From: a virus
Virus record (IMG/VR): IMGVR_UViG_3300045988_085672
Reading direction: 5' to 3' (one strand)
DNA length: 32,417 bases
Position numbers and translations under genes: made by a program. Below, piece after piece: positions 7,686-16,544 of the stretch. Numbering within the stretch: position 1 is the stretch's first letter; every line of letters starts with the position of its first letter. Under the pieces are notes generated by a model, which saw only the letters and a list, made by a program, of their open reading frames with translations, made no database searches and was not told the origin of the DNA.

Positions 7686-8246
7686 TTATGCCGCCGCGTT
7701 GTTCGGCTCTCTTACCGTAGTAAACCACGCCGCCGCTACGCTCTCCGTAGGCAAAGCGACGTGTTCCGCCTTCCACAACCCGTCCGAACGTTTGATAAAC
7801 TGTCCGACGATCTCCGGCGTAGTAAATTCGATACTGTCGCCCTTTGTCGTGTAGTTTTCGGACGGGATCGCAAACTTCACCTTGTAAAGCCAAATGTACT
7901 TGTATGTTCCGCCCGCCTTCTTTGCGCGGAAGCCGATTGCAAAATAAGGCGGTTCGTCGGTGTCCGCTCCGTAAACCACTTTGTCGTCGTCCTGCTTCTG
8001 CCCAAGAAGGGCGGCAAGATCAACCGGAAGAAGGTCATTGACGTTCAGCGTCAATTCTCCGGATACAAATTCCTTCACTACTTCGTCGGCTCCGTCGTCA
8101 GCGTAAAGGATCGCTTCTGCAACCTCCACGGAAAGCTCCGCCGAAATTGCCTTCGCCATCTTTACAGGCGCGCCGTATTCCTCCGCGCCGTCCTCGCCAA
8201 TCGTAATAGGTGCGCGGTAAAGGTCGCGCAAACCGATTGTTGCCAT
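7686..8246 (-). CDS. Major tail protein (phi13-like family)
   Basis: Start at Met27 (MATIGLRDLYRAPI..), ATG at 8246 with a GGAGG RBS. 186 aa, in the typical position and with typical sequence style. Confidence 0.8.
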   Translation of the reverse strand: MATIGLRDLYRAPITIGEDGAEEYGAPVKMAKAISAELSVEVAEAILYADDGADEVVKEFVSGELTLNVNDLLPVDLAALLGQKQDDDKVVYGADTDEPPYFAIGFRAKKAGGTYKYIWLYKVKFAIPSENYTTKGDSIEFTTPEIVGQFIKRSDGLWKAEHVALPTESVAAAWFTTVREPNNAAA

Positions 8247-8250
8247 ATTC

Positions 8251-8580
8251 TTATACCTCCATATACTTAAATTCCACGGGAATATGATAATAACCCGTGC
8301 TTTCCTCGAACACTTCCGGATCAAACGTGATCCCGTAGAACCCCGCTTCCTTCAATGCCCGCTTTGCGCTCCGCATAAGGGCGATATAATCTACGCGGGA
8401 ATAAATATCCGCCCTGTACGTGAATTCCTCCGCGCCGCTTTCATCGTCTGAAAAGTGTTTGTCCTGCAATACGACAATCTGATACGTGATAAACGTTTTT
8501 GCCTTTCCGTCGTATTTCAGCCGTTCTACGGGACAACCCAGCTTTTCAAGTGTTGTTTTCACAAGTGTATCAACGTTCAT
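8251..8580 (-). CDS. Tail terminator / tail completion protein
   Basis: 109 aa, lying between the HK97 gp10-like protein and the major tail protein. Confidence 0.5.
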   Translation of the reverse strand: MNVDTLVKTTLEKLGCPVERLKYDGKAKTFITYQIVVLQDKHFSDDESGAEEFTYRADIYSRVDYIALMRSAKRALKEAGFYGITFDPEVFEESTGYYHIPVEFKYMEV

Positions 8581-8983
8581 TTTGCTTCGCCTCCCATACG
8601 CGGCGCATTTCTGCGTTTACAGCGTCAGCCGCCTTTGTGTTCGCCGCTGTGAACCACGGTCGCGCTGGCATATTCTTTCGCCCGTATTGCAGGACAAAGC
8701 CTTTTGTCGCGTTGCGTACCCCGTGCCGATCCTTGCCGTCCGGATATACTTCAACTATCTTCGCGTCGTCCCGCTCCTTGATTTTGGATACGATAACCGA
8801 CGCGGCAAGATCACCCGTGCTTCTGCGGCTCCGAAACATTTTCCGGATTTCCGCTTTTTGCGCTTCCTGCATTACCGCGCCGCCAGCTTTAAGCATTTCC
8901 GGTACGGCTTCTTCTGCAATCTGCGCTTGTTGAAGCATTCGTTCTTCCAGATCGTCAAGTCCTACAACGTTAAACTTCGCCAT
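8570..8983 (-). CDS. HK97 gp10-family neck protein
   Basis: 137 aa. The segments ..KGFVLQYGRKNMPARPWF.. and the N-terminal MAKFNVVGLDDLE.. are typical of the HK97 gp10 family. Confidence 0.7.
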   Translation of the reverse strand: MAKFNVVGLDDLEERMLQQAQIAEEAVPEMLKAGGAVMQEAQKAEIRKMFRSRRSTGDLAASVIVSKIKERDDAKIVEVYPDGKDRHGVRNATKGFVLQYGRKNMPARPWFTAANTKAADAVNAEMRRVWEAKQNER

Positions 8984-9356
8984 TTCCGCCGCCTCCTTCC
9001 TCTGCGCTGTTCTCCGCTTCTGCGGCGCTCTGCGCTTCGGGGAAGCTGGAAAGTGTCAATTCTATAAGCTCTCCGTCGTTGTGAATGTACGTCCGAAGAA
9101 TGCGATAGCGTTTCCCGCTCGAAACGGGATATTCTGCGATTGTTTCGCCGTTATATTCCATTGCGTAAACGTCAAACTTAATTTCGGCGACGTGTCCAGC
9201 CATCTCCGCTTTGTAGAATTCTGAATACCCTACGGATTTTTTATCAGCGAAAACCGTTGTCGCCGTTTCCGGCTTCGTTATAGGGAAGCCGTGTTCGTTT
9301 GTCCGCTCCGAAGTTTCTGCAAGCGCAATCAGCGTTATTTGATCTCTCCATCCCAT
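8970..9356 (-). CDS. Head closure / head-tail adaptor protein
   Basis: Start at Met17 (MGWRDQITLIA..). ATG at 9356 overlaps the upstream stop (TAATG). Order and size fit the SPP1 gp16-type protein. Confidence 0.6.
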   Translation of the reverse strand: MGWRDQITLIALAETSERTNEHGFPITKPETATTVFADKKSVGYSEFYKAEMAGHVAEIKFDVYAMEYNGETIAEYPVSSGKRYRILRTYIHNDGELIELTLSSFPEAQSAAEAENSAEEGGGGNGEV

Positions 9357-9655
9357 TAGCCGCCACCGCCTTCCGTGTAGTCGTCGGACAGCGACAAGGC
9401 ACATTTCAAGTAATCGTATGCTTTTCTGTGCCTTTCTCCTTCGCCGCCGAAGTTATCTTCGGATTTTGCGTATAGAATAATTGCGCGGTCTAAAAGGGGA
9501 TCGCCCAGCGTTTCGCTGGACGATCCCGCATTTTCCGGAACGTTGATACCGACAAGCCGAAGATCAGCGATACCGGAAGCGATATAATCTTCGATTTCGT
9601 CGTTAAATACGGCGGCTGTTTTCCGCAAAGCCAGCTTTACCTTGTCAAGCATCAT
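9356..9655 (-). CDS. Head-tail connector (gp6-like, Phage_connect_1 type)
   Basis: 99 aa, immediately after the capsid gene. The sequence MMLDKVKLALR...DDEIEDYI..A..DL is typical of this family. Confidence 0.6.
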   Translation of the reverse strand: MMLDKVKLALRKTAAVFNDEIEDYIASGIADLRLVGINVPENAGSSSETLGDPLLDRAIILYAKSEDNFGGEGERHRKAYDYLKCALSLSDDYTEGGGG

Positions 9656-9669
9656 CGTTCAGCCCTCCA

Positions 9670-10824
9670 TTACTCCGCCGCTTTCGCCAGCTTCACAAAG
9701 GCTTCACCGATCGCGGGCGTGCAATCGAAGATCGCAATACCGCTGTATTTGTAGCTGTTCGTGTCGATGTCGTAGGCGTTCTTCACGTTAATGTTTTCCG
9801 CAAGGTTCGCGCATACCTTCTTGAAGTCGCCCAAGAAGGCTTCGTGTTCCTTTACGTAGTCGGACAGAAGAACCGGATAGCCGTAAACAAAGTAGTTGTT
9901 GCCCTGCACGGTTACAATATGGTTCTTGCTGTTGTCCTGCAACGGCATAAAATCGGTGAACAAGGTTTTCTTGCTCATAGCGAATTTTGCGTTACGGTCG
10001 TATCCGGCGTTCAGAAGCCCGATCAGCGTCTGGACGTTTGCGGCGGTAAGGGAACCAGCTTTTGTTACGGTAACGCTGTTTTCCGCTCCCCAAGTGTTTG
10101 CCTTGTCAATGCCCTTCGGCTGGGAAGAACCCGTGCCGTTAATGAAGAAATCTTCAACCTTGCGGGCGATCGCCTCTGCAAGCATATCAACGATCCAGCT
10201 TTCAAAAGCCGCAATGCTCATTGTCATAACGGTATCGGAAATCTGAACCAGCTTGATAATCTCGTATCCGGTCAGCGTTACGGTGGTAAGGGTATCAGCC
10301 GCCGCCGTGATAGCCGCGTTTTCCTTATGGATTGCCGCGTCGTTGTTCGTACCCTCAACGGCGAACTTCACCGCGCCTTTGACGTGCAGAAGGGTAACTT
10401 CATTCAGCATCGGCGCAAGTTTCTTTACCTTGCTGATAATCTCGTTCGCGGTCTGTGTCGGCACAACCTCCGCGCCCGTGCCGCTGGCGTTCGCGTATGC
10501 GCGCTTCTCTGCATCGGTAAGGGGAAGGCGGCGAAGGTTTTTCAGCCACGCGGAACGATATTCGGGCGTGCCGAAAGGATCGTCCGGATCGGCGTTATCC
10601 TGCTTCTGCTCGAAGGTACGGGAAACAATGCCCGCGCCCTTTGCGATATTGTCCAGAATGCCGTTGCGCTTCTCTGCGGCGGCGATCAGTCCGGCGCGCT
10701 CTTCGGTAAGCTCCTTCGTTTCCTTCTCCAGCGCGTCGATTTCCTCGGCTTTCATAGCGTCGCCGCGCTCTTCGATCTCTTTCTTGATAGCCGCAAGGCG
10801 CGCTTCGATTTCTTTAATTCTCAT
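9670..10824 (-). CDS. Major capsid protein, HK97 fold
   Basis: 384 aa with an N-terminal coiled-coil delta-domain-like region (MRIKEIEARLAAIKKEIEERGD..). It follows the prohead protease. Confidence 0.9.
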   Translation of the reverse strand: MRIKEIEARLAAIKKEIEERGDAMKAEEIDALEKETKELTEERAGLIAAAEKRNGILDNIAKGAGIVSRTFEQKQDNADPDDPFGTPEYRSAWLKNLRRLPLTDAEKRAYANASGTGAEVVPTQTANEIISKVKKLAPMLNEVTLLHVKGAVKFAVEGTNNDAAIHKENAAITAAADTLTTVTLTGYEIIKLVQISDTVMTMSIAAFESWIVDMLAEAIARKVEDFFINGTGSSQPKGIDKANTWGAENSVTVTKAGSLTAANVQTLIGLLNAGYDRNAKFAMSKKTLFTDFMPLQDNSKNHIVTVQGNNYFVYGYPVLLSDYVKEHEAFLGDFKKVCANLAENINVKNAYDIDTNSYKYSGIAIFDCTPAIGEAFVKLAKAAE

Positions 10825-10828
10825 TGTG

Positions 10829-11449
10829 TTAAACCTCCATCATAAGTTTGATTTTTAGAATTTGCTTCCGGCGCTCCAGCCGCTCCTGCTGTTCTCTTTC
10901 GATCACTCCGTCGAAATAGGAACGCGCCGAAATATCGGTATCGGCGTTCGCCGGATAAGATACCGCCGAAACGTCGTAAACCTTCTTGATCTTCAAGATC
11001 GTTCTTGTGTGCGTGTCCTTGTTATATGCGTCCTCCGATACGGTGAACGCCCACGACATTTTGCAAATAAGCCCCGCGTCGATGCTTGCATAAAGGCGCT
11101 TCGCCTCTTCCGTAAGGCTCAAATTTGCGGCAATAAATAAGCCGCTGTCCTGCGGTTCCAAAAGCAGGGAAGGCGGCTTGTTTTTTGCCATCTTGTTTCG
11201 GGCGAATACCATTCCGGAATGGTCGAACTGCATAATCACGTCGGACAGGTCAGCGCCCACAAGGGCGTTCCGGTCGATCACTTCGCAATATTTGATCCCG
11301 CCGTATTCGTACATAACATACGGCTTATCAAACGTTGTCGCGAAGCCCTCAACGTAAAAATCCGTGTCAAACCTCTTGTTCTCCGTCCCCTGCGGGATCA
11401 TCAACGGCTGGAACATTTGACGGTATTCCCGCCCCTTCACTACTGGCAT
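10829..11449 (-). CDS. Prohead protease (HK97 / S78 family)
   Basis: 206 aa. The segments ..YVEGFATTFDKPY.., ..FDHSG.. and a C-terminal coiled coil fit the family. A GGAGG RBS precedes the ATG at 11449. Confidence 0.85.
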   Translation of the reverse strand: MPVVKGREYRQMFQPLMIPQGTENKRFDTDFYVEGFATTFDKPYVMYEYGGIKYCEVIDRNALVGADLSDVIMQFDHSGMVFARNKMAKNKPPSLLLEPQDSGLFIAANLSLTEEAKRLYASIDAGLICKMSWAFTVSEDAYNKDTHTRTILKIKKVYDVSAVSYPANADTDISARSYFDGVIEREQQERLERRKQILKIKLMMEV

Positions 11450-12602
11450 TCGATGTAACCTCCTTTCCTAACTCTGATACTTCCGCGTATTCTTTGCGAA
11501 TATAATACTTGTCCCCACCCTCGACGTGCGACATATTCCAAATATCCATAACGCCGTTTCGGTTGAGCAAGCCACGGTCAAATAATTGTGTGCTGATATT
11601 CAGCTTCGTATTGTTGCTTGCGTATTGAAGCCTGTTCGCTGTAAAGGTAATCGCATTCCCGAAGGATAATTCCCGCTGTGTATAGGTCATATTTGACATA
11701 ACCAGCGAAAGCTGGATCGCGAAAGGCTCGATCTTGCCTTCGTAGTAAGCGTTCCATTCATCTTCGGTATAGCTGTTCTGAATGATTTTAGCGTTCGTTC
11801 CGAAATAGTTAAATACATTTTCGTTGATTTGCGCCATCTGCGCGGCGTTCACGGTGAACGGCTTGCTTTCGATCGGCTTTACGTCCGCGAATTTGCTATC
11901 GTAGATCACCATTCCGGATTGATTATCCGCCGAAAGGTTATCCGCCGTGAAGCGCTTGCGCTCTTTCGTAATATCTTCCGGCTTTAACATATTCGCAACC
12001 TTCGCCAAGAACCGGACGGAAGCCGAATTTTTAACGCCGTTGATAATGCCTTGATTTTGTGTATGGATCAACTGCATTGTAGGACGAAGCGCGGCGTTGT
12101 TTTCCCCGAAGAAGTCGTCCTTGTACTGAAATTGCGTCAGCACTCCGACGCGCTCGAATTCGATTGCCGCTTTCTGCCCGTTCGCGAATGTGTATCGCAA
12201 GAAGGGCGCGCCCCTGTATTCGACAACCTCGCAACGCTGGGGAAGTAGGGGATAATAGCCCGCTATTCCTCCGTATTCATCTTCGATCGGAACAATGAAC
12301 GCCGTATTATTCACCGAAAGGATTGTCGCAATCCGGTAAATAAATTTTGACGTGTCCATAAACGGATTAGGTCGGAACTGCAAAACCCTTTCAAGGTTCT
12401 TGTATGCCGTTCCGCTGATCTCCGGTTTCAATTTTGAACAGAAATTCGCGAACGAATGAATAGCCGCCCGCGTAAGCTCCATTTCGTAAAGGCTTTCCGG
12501 CGCGTTCGTGAAAACGGGTGAATACCCGTTAAGCATCTTGAAATATCCTTCCGCTTGAATATCCGAACGCGGCTTTCGGAAAATTGTTTCAAAAATTCCC
12601 AT
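11367..12602 (-). CDS. Portal protein (HK97 family)
   Basis: About 411 aa from the ATG at 12602 (MGIFETIF..), with a GGGGTG RBS inside the TerL 3' end. The tracked ORF begins at a GTG at 12614. Confidence 0.88.
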   Translation of the reverse strand: MGIFETIFRKPRSDIQAEGYFKMLNGYSPVFTNAPESLYEMELTRAAIHSFANFCSKLKPEISGTAYKNLERVLQFRPNPFMDTSKFIYRIATILSVNNTAFIVPIEDEYGGIAGYYPLLPQRCEVVEYRGAPFLRYTFANGQKAAIEFERVGVLTQFQYKDDFFGENNAALRPTMQLIHTQNQGIINGVKNSASVRFLAKVANMLKPEDITKERKRFTADNLSADNQSGMVIYDSKFADVKPIESKPFTVNAAQMAQINENVFNYFGTNAKIIQNSYTEDEWNAYYEGKIEPFAIQLSLVMSNMTYTQRELSFGNAITFTANRLQYASNNTKLNISTQLFDRGLLNRNGVMDIWNMSHVEGGDKYYIRKEYAEVSELGKEVTSNASSEGAGIPSNVPAVDDPAGDGEQEV

Positions 12603-12610
12603 AGTTTTTA

Positions 12611-14263
12611 TCACCCCGCATTTTTCAGCATTTCGCCGATCTCGTTATAATACTTCTGCCGTACCGTCATAGCGTCGATCACGGAAACGAAGCCGTCAAT
12701 ACGCGCCCGCTGTTCAATCTTCACCGGACGGAATTTCCGTGTTTCCATATTGTGTTTTAGCGCAACGTTTAGGAAATGCGCCTTCAACAAGTTATTATCC
12801 GCGATCTTGAAATTTCCGTCTTTGATTATGCCTTCAAATTCCCGAATAACGGGCGCAAGGTTTTCACCCTGCCATACGTCGTCTGTCTGAAATCCCGCTG
12901 TTTTCAAGTCGTCAATCAGATATTGCGCGCTATAACGGTCATAGCCGATTTTTAGAATATATATGCCGTACTGATCCCGAAGGGTAGAAAACCATTCGTA
13001 AACGTCCCTGTAATCAACGTGATTTTCTCCGGATAGCTTCACGATCCCTTGCTTGACGAATATATCATACGGTACGCCGTCCACCGCCTGTGCGGTTTCC
13101 AGCCTGTTCGCTGGCATAAAGAATTGTGCGAAGGCATAAAGAACGCCGCCGCGCTCGATAATCACGCTTGCGGCGGTAAGGTCTGTCGTCTGCGATAGGT
13201 CGATACCGCCCACCGCGTAGCTGTCTTTGAAATCCTCCAGCTTTATTTTTTCACCCGCTCGATCGACAACGACATAATCAAGCCAAGCGACGGAAGAATT
13301 CTGCTTGATATTGCAGTATTTGCAAAGGAATTCCGCCCGCTTTGAAAGGCTCATTTCCGCGACGGCGATTTCCTCTTTGAAGAACTCCGGCGAAACGGAA
13401 ACGCCCATATTCGGATTTGCTTTTTTAAGCTCTTCAAGGTCGTTCCATTTCTCCACGTCGTCAATCATATAAAGCAGGGGAAGAAGGCGGCGTTCCTTGC
13501 TTCCGCCTTTTAGAAACGCCGTAGATCGTGCCATCAATTCGTCGAAGATACCGTCGTTTTCATATCCCGCCGTACTGATAGACAGGATCAGCGGCTGGCG
13601 GCGTGCGCCCAGCGCGGATTTCATTACTTCGTATTGCTTCAAGCCGCCGTCGCCGCGCCAGCTTGCAACCTCATCATTTACAACCAAATGCGGGTTGAAG
13701 CCGTCCGATTTCTTCGCGTTGAATGCCAGCGGCTTTATTGCCGTGTTGCTTTCCTCGATGTAAATATCCGAACGGCGCTTCTTCGCAAGCTCCGAAAGCT
13801 CCGGTTCTTTTTTAATCATCTGGAAGAAATTATCGTAAACGATGTTCGCTTGTTCCAGCTTCGGCGCAAGGCAATAAATCTTTGCCCCGTATTCGCCGTC
13901 AAGATATGCCATATACGCGATCACGGCGGACGCGAAAAGCGTTTTTCCGTTCTTCCGCCCGATCACGATAAACACTTCGCGGAATATCCGCACGTTATCT
14001 TCGTCAACTATCCCGAAGATCAGCGATACCGCCGCTTTTTGCCATAGCTCCAATTTCAGAAGGTCGGTTCGTCCCTCGCAATGGTGGCAGAAGTTTTCGA
14101 TAAAGCGAATTGCCTTGTTTGCCTTCTTCGCGTTAAAAAGAAAAAGTCCGTCTTGAAGCCCGCTAACGATATATTCATAAATCAGCCGCACCCATTTTCC
14201 GACGACAATTTTTTCCGTCGTTATGCCGTCGTAATACTCGTAAATGTAATTTGAAAACGGCAT
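12611..14263 (-). CDS. terL: Terminase large subunit
   Basis: Start at Met23 (MPFSNYIYEYYDG..), ATG at 14263, 2 nt after the TerS stop. About 550 aa. Walker A-like GRKNGKT is present and the layout is Terminase_1-like. Confidence 0.9.
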   Translation of the reverse strand: MPFSNYIYEYYDGITTEKIVVGKWVRLIYEYIVSGLQDGLFLFNAKKANKAIRFIENFCHHCEGRTDLLKLELWQKAAVSLIFGIVDEDNVRIFREVFIVIGRKNGKTLFASAVIAYMAYLDGEYGAKIYCLAPKLEQANIVYDNFFQMIKKEPELSELAKKRRSDIYIEESNTAIKPLAFNAKKSDGFNPHLVVNDEVASWRGDGGLKQYEVMKSALGARRQPLILSISTAGYENDGIFDELMARSTAFLKGGSKERRLLPLLYMIDDVEKWNDLEELKKANPNMGVSVSPEFFKEEIAVAEMSLSKRAEFLCKYCNIKQNSSVAWLDYVVVDRAGEKIKLEDFKDSYAVGGIDLSQTTDLTAASVIIERGGVLYAFAQFFMPANRLETAQAVDGVPYDIFVKQGIVKLSGENHVDYRDVYEWFSTLRDQYGIYILKIGYDRYSAQYLIDDLKTAGFQTDDVWQGENLAPVIREFEGIIKDGNFKIADNNLLKAHFLNVALKHNMETRKFRPVKIEQRARIDGFVSVIDAMTVRQKYYNEIGEMLKNAG

Positions 14264-14265
14264 TT

Positions 14266-14619
14266 TTATTCGTCCCGCAAGGCTTGCAGACGGCTTTCCT
14301 TTTTCTTTTCGGGCGGCACAAGCTCGCAAAGCTGTTTAATTATGGCGGCGTGATTTTTCGTCATAGCAATGTGCGTTTTTACTGCGTCGCTCTGCTTTGT
14401 CCCGCTCTGATTTGCGCCGTTTTGGTATTCGACGGTGTATCCCTCTTCGTTTATGATTTCTTGCAACTCTTCAAGGGATACCGCCATAAATGCGGCGTTG
14501 CGGATAAGGCTTTCGACGGTCTGCAACTTGTTTTTATCCAAATCGCGGAAAACCCGCTTTAATCGGTTTATCTCTCTCTTGATCTTTTGATCTTTCGTTA
14601 ATTCCTTTTTTGTCGCCAT
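14266..14619 (-). CDS. terS: Terminase small subunit (P27 family)
   Basis: About 117 aa from MATKKELTKDQK... It lies immediately upstream of terL and resembles the P27 family. Confidence 0.7.
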   Translation of the reverse strand: MATKKELTKDQKIKREINRLKRVFRDLDKNKLQTVESLIRNAAFMAVSLEELQEIINEEGYTVEYQNGANQSGTKQSDAVKTHIAMTKNHAAIIKQLCELVPPEKKKESRLQALRDE

Positions 14620-14696
14620 AAATATCACCCCTTTTCGGCGGATACCTACACCCCTTTTTCGCGTACACCCGTTATGCGCGCGCCTGCGGAGTAAAA

Positions 14697-15044
14697 TTAA
14701 CCTCCCGCCCTCGGTGTTCCACCCTCCCTAAATCCTCGGCGAATAGGGGGGAGTACCACGTTTCCGTTTTCGTCAAACGCATATCGCTTTTTTCGCTTTG
14801 ATCTGTGATGTTCTTTGTTATGGCAATCTTGACAAAGCGCTTCGAGATTATCCCACGAAAGCGCAATGTACGGATCGTTTACGTTCTGCTTCGTCAAGTA
14901 TGTTTTGTGATGTGCAATCTTTGCGGCGACGGGATCGTCCGGTGTAGAACAGCGTTCGCACAAGTATTTCTTTGATTGCAAGAAGGCATCACGGCAAGAT
15001 CGCCAAGCGTCGCTGTTGTAGAACTGTTCTGCCCACGGCTTCAT
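14697..15044 (-). CDS. HNH endonuclease (packaging-associated)
   Basis: Start at MKPWAEQFY.. with a GGAAGG RBS. It carries the Cys pairs CERC and CQDCHNKEHH. Position upstream of terS is typical of HK97-like cos phages. Confidence 0.85.
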   Translation of the reverse strand: MKPWAEQFYNSDAWRSCRDAFLQSKKYLCERCSTPDDPVAAKIAHHKTYLTKQNVNDPYIALSWDNLEALCQDCHNKEHHRSKRKKRYAFDENGNVVLPPIRRGFREGGTPRAGG

Positions 15045-15067
15045 ACTCGCACCTTCCTTTCCCGCGC

Positions 15068-15107
15068 ATAATAAAAGCGCCCTTTCGGATTGTTCCGAAA
15101 AGGCGCT
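15068..15107 (-). terminator. Intrinsic terminator in the leader of the HNH-terminase operon
   Basis: Minus strand reads agcgccttttcgga-acaa-tccgaaagggcgct (14-bp stem, 1 mismatch) followed by TTTTATTAT. Confidence 0.55.
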
Positions 15108-15147
15108 ATTTGTGCGCTTGCGTCTTGCGTAAGAATTCATCGTAAAC

Positions 15148-15176
15148 AGTATAGCATATAAATATACCCCGTTCCA
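15148..15176 (-). promoter_or_regulatory. Candidate late promoter (extended -10)
   Basis: Minus strand reads TGGAAC, 17 nt, TGcTATACT. The weak -35 fits an activator-dependent promoter. Confidence 0.4.
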
Positions 15177-15181
15177 CCCCT

Positions 15182-15203
15182 CGATATTGTCGCGATATTG
15201 TCA
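15182..15203. repeat. Tandem 11-nt direct repeat cgatattgtcg / cgatattgtca
   Basis: Read directly, 10/11 identical. It lies between the RinA-like gene stop and the candidate late promoter. Confidence 0.8.
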
Positions 15204-15204
15204 T

Positions 15205-15819
15205 TTATTCGCCCGCCTTGCGCCTGTACGTTGCCGCACTCACCGCCGCCGCGATCCCGAATACGCATACCGCCATATCATTTACTATCTTGTTCCGCCA
15301 TCTGCAAGCGGTCTTTACGCCTTTCAGAACGCCCACTTCTTCAAGGTCAAAGGCTAATTCCTCCCACGTGTAGGGCTTGCCGCTCTCGCGCGGCTTGCCT
15401 TCGTAATCCTCGCCGAAGTAGTACATACGAACCACCGTGAATTCCTTGCGGTCGCGGTATAGGTTTATAGCCCTCTCCAGCCTCTCGAAGCCGTACTTCG
15501 TTTCCCGATATTGCCGCCTTTTTTCCTCCTGCATTTCCGCAACAATATCCGCTTCGGTTTTTTGCTCGTAATATCCTGTGCTTTTGCTTCCCGCCGCGAA
15601 GGTCTTTCGCCCTGCGTGATACTCCACTTCGCAATAGGCTTCTTCGTCGGCGACAAGCGCCGCCAGCTTCTTGTAGTTATACAAAAGCGTTTCCATAGCC
15701 TTGAAGTAATTTACATATGCGCCCACCGTGTCCTTGTACGCTTCATAAGCACCCGCGCGGGCGGCTTCGTTGATTGCTTCGCGCAACTCTTCGGAAATGC
15801 CCGTTTTTTTCTTTGCCAT
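15205..15819 (-). CDS. RinA/ArpU-like late transcriptional activator (sigma region-4-like HTH)
   Basis: 204 aa. The segments ..LYNYKKL.., ..FTVVRMYYFGED..TWEELAFDL..VKTACRWRNKIVNDMA.. match the RinA/ArpU layout. It sits upstream of the packaging genes. Confidence 0.55.
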   Translation of the reverse strand: MAKKKTGISEELREAINEAARAGAYEAYKDTVGAYVNYFKAMETLLYNYKKLAALVADEEAYCEVEYHAGRKTFAAGSKSTGYYEQKTEADIVAEMQEEKRRQYRETKYGFERLERAINLYRDRKEFTVVRMYYFGEDYEGKPRESGKPYTWEELAFDLEEVGVLKGVKTACRWRNKIVNDMAVCVFGIAAAVSAATYRRKAGE

Positions 15820-15821
15820 TT

Positions 15822-16220
15822 TCAGCCCTCCGTTTTCTGCCGTAGATAGTCGATAATCACGCTTGCGGCTTCCTGCCAGCCCTTGCAGATTGCCGCCGCG
15901 TATCCCTGTTTCAAAAGCCCGTCGATCCAGCGCACCTGTTCTTCGCTGATCCTCCCGCCGCGCTGTCGTTTAAGCTCAATGTATAGCCCGTGATTTGCCC
16001 CGCGTGCAACCGGAAGGCAAAGATCGGGAACGCCGGATTTCACGCCCTGCGCCCGAAGGCGCGCCGCTTCGATCTTGTTTCGGCTCCCGCCGTTCGGAAC
16101 GTGATATAAAAGCGCCAATTCCGGAAAGCGCCCCGATTGAAGCGTCGCCCACTCGAAAAGCGCGATTTGTTCTTCCGCCTCCGTAGGAACGGGAAGGGTA
16201 AGCGTGCTATTTTTCCGCAT
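15822..16220 (-). CDS. VRR-NUC domain nuclease
   Basis: Start at MRKNSTLTLP.. (ATG 16220). Motifs seen: HVPNGG, GVKSGVPDL, YIELK, Q..W. Confidence 0.8.
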   Translation of the reverse strand: MRKNSTLTLPVPTEAEEQIALFEWATLQSGRFPELALLYHVPNGGSRNKIEAARLRAQGVKSGVPDLCLPVARGANHGLYIELKRQRGGRISEEQVRWIDGLLKQGYAAAICKGWQEAASVIIDYLRQKTEG

Positions 16221-16527
16221 TTTGCTTCGCCTCCCATTCCTCGAAGAAGAAAAACGGCTTTTCCTGCACGAATGCTTCGTCAAACTCGCGTTGCGCGCCT
16301 TTGCTCTCTTTCCAATCCGGAAGGAAGCAGACTTCGGCGCATTCGTCCAGCATTGCGCCCGCCATTCGCATATAGGCTTCCCACGTGAAGCCCTCCGAAG
16401 GCAATAACGCCGGATTGACGACAATAAAGCCGCCTTCCTCCAGCTTCTTCTGCGCTTCATAGAATTTTGAGCGGTAGAACGGATCGCCCGTAATCTTCCC
16501 CGCAAGGTAAACCGTCTTTTTCTGCAT
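16207..16527 (-). CDS. DUF4406 / nucleoside 2-deoxyribosyltransferase-like protein
   Basis: Start at MQKKTVYLAGKITGDP.. with a GGGAGG RBS. The sequence is typical of DUF4406. Confidence 0.6.
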   Translation of the reverse strand: MQKKTVYLAGKITGDPFYRSKFYEAQKKLEEGGFIVVNPALLPSEGFTWEAYMRMAGAMLDECAEVCFLPDWKESKGAQREFDEAFVQEKPFFFFEEWEAKQNAEK

Positions 16528-16544
16528 TGTTTTTCCTCCCTTCG

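Noticed and set aside
9844-10845. Long plus-strand ORFs antisense to structural genes (for example 333 aa here; also 18873..19685, 29932..30765, 7683..8270, 8486..9067, 5151..5693)
   Set aside because: They are fully antisense to genes with clear homology-type motifs (capsid, DGR targets, tail proteins). Their composition is Arg/Leu/Cys-rich and low in complexity, and they have no RBS. These are typical shadow ORFs of GC-balanced coding sequence.
15822-16505. 227-aa version of the VRR-NUC ORF
   Set aside because: The first 95 residues are Arg/Ser/Lys-rich and overlap the DUF4406 gene in another frame. The conserved VRR-NUC domain starts right after the Met at 16220.
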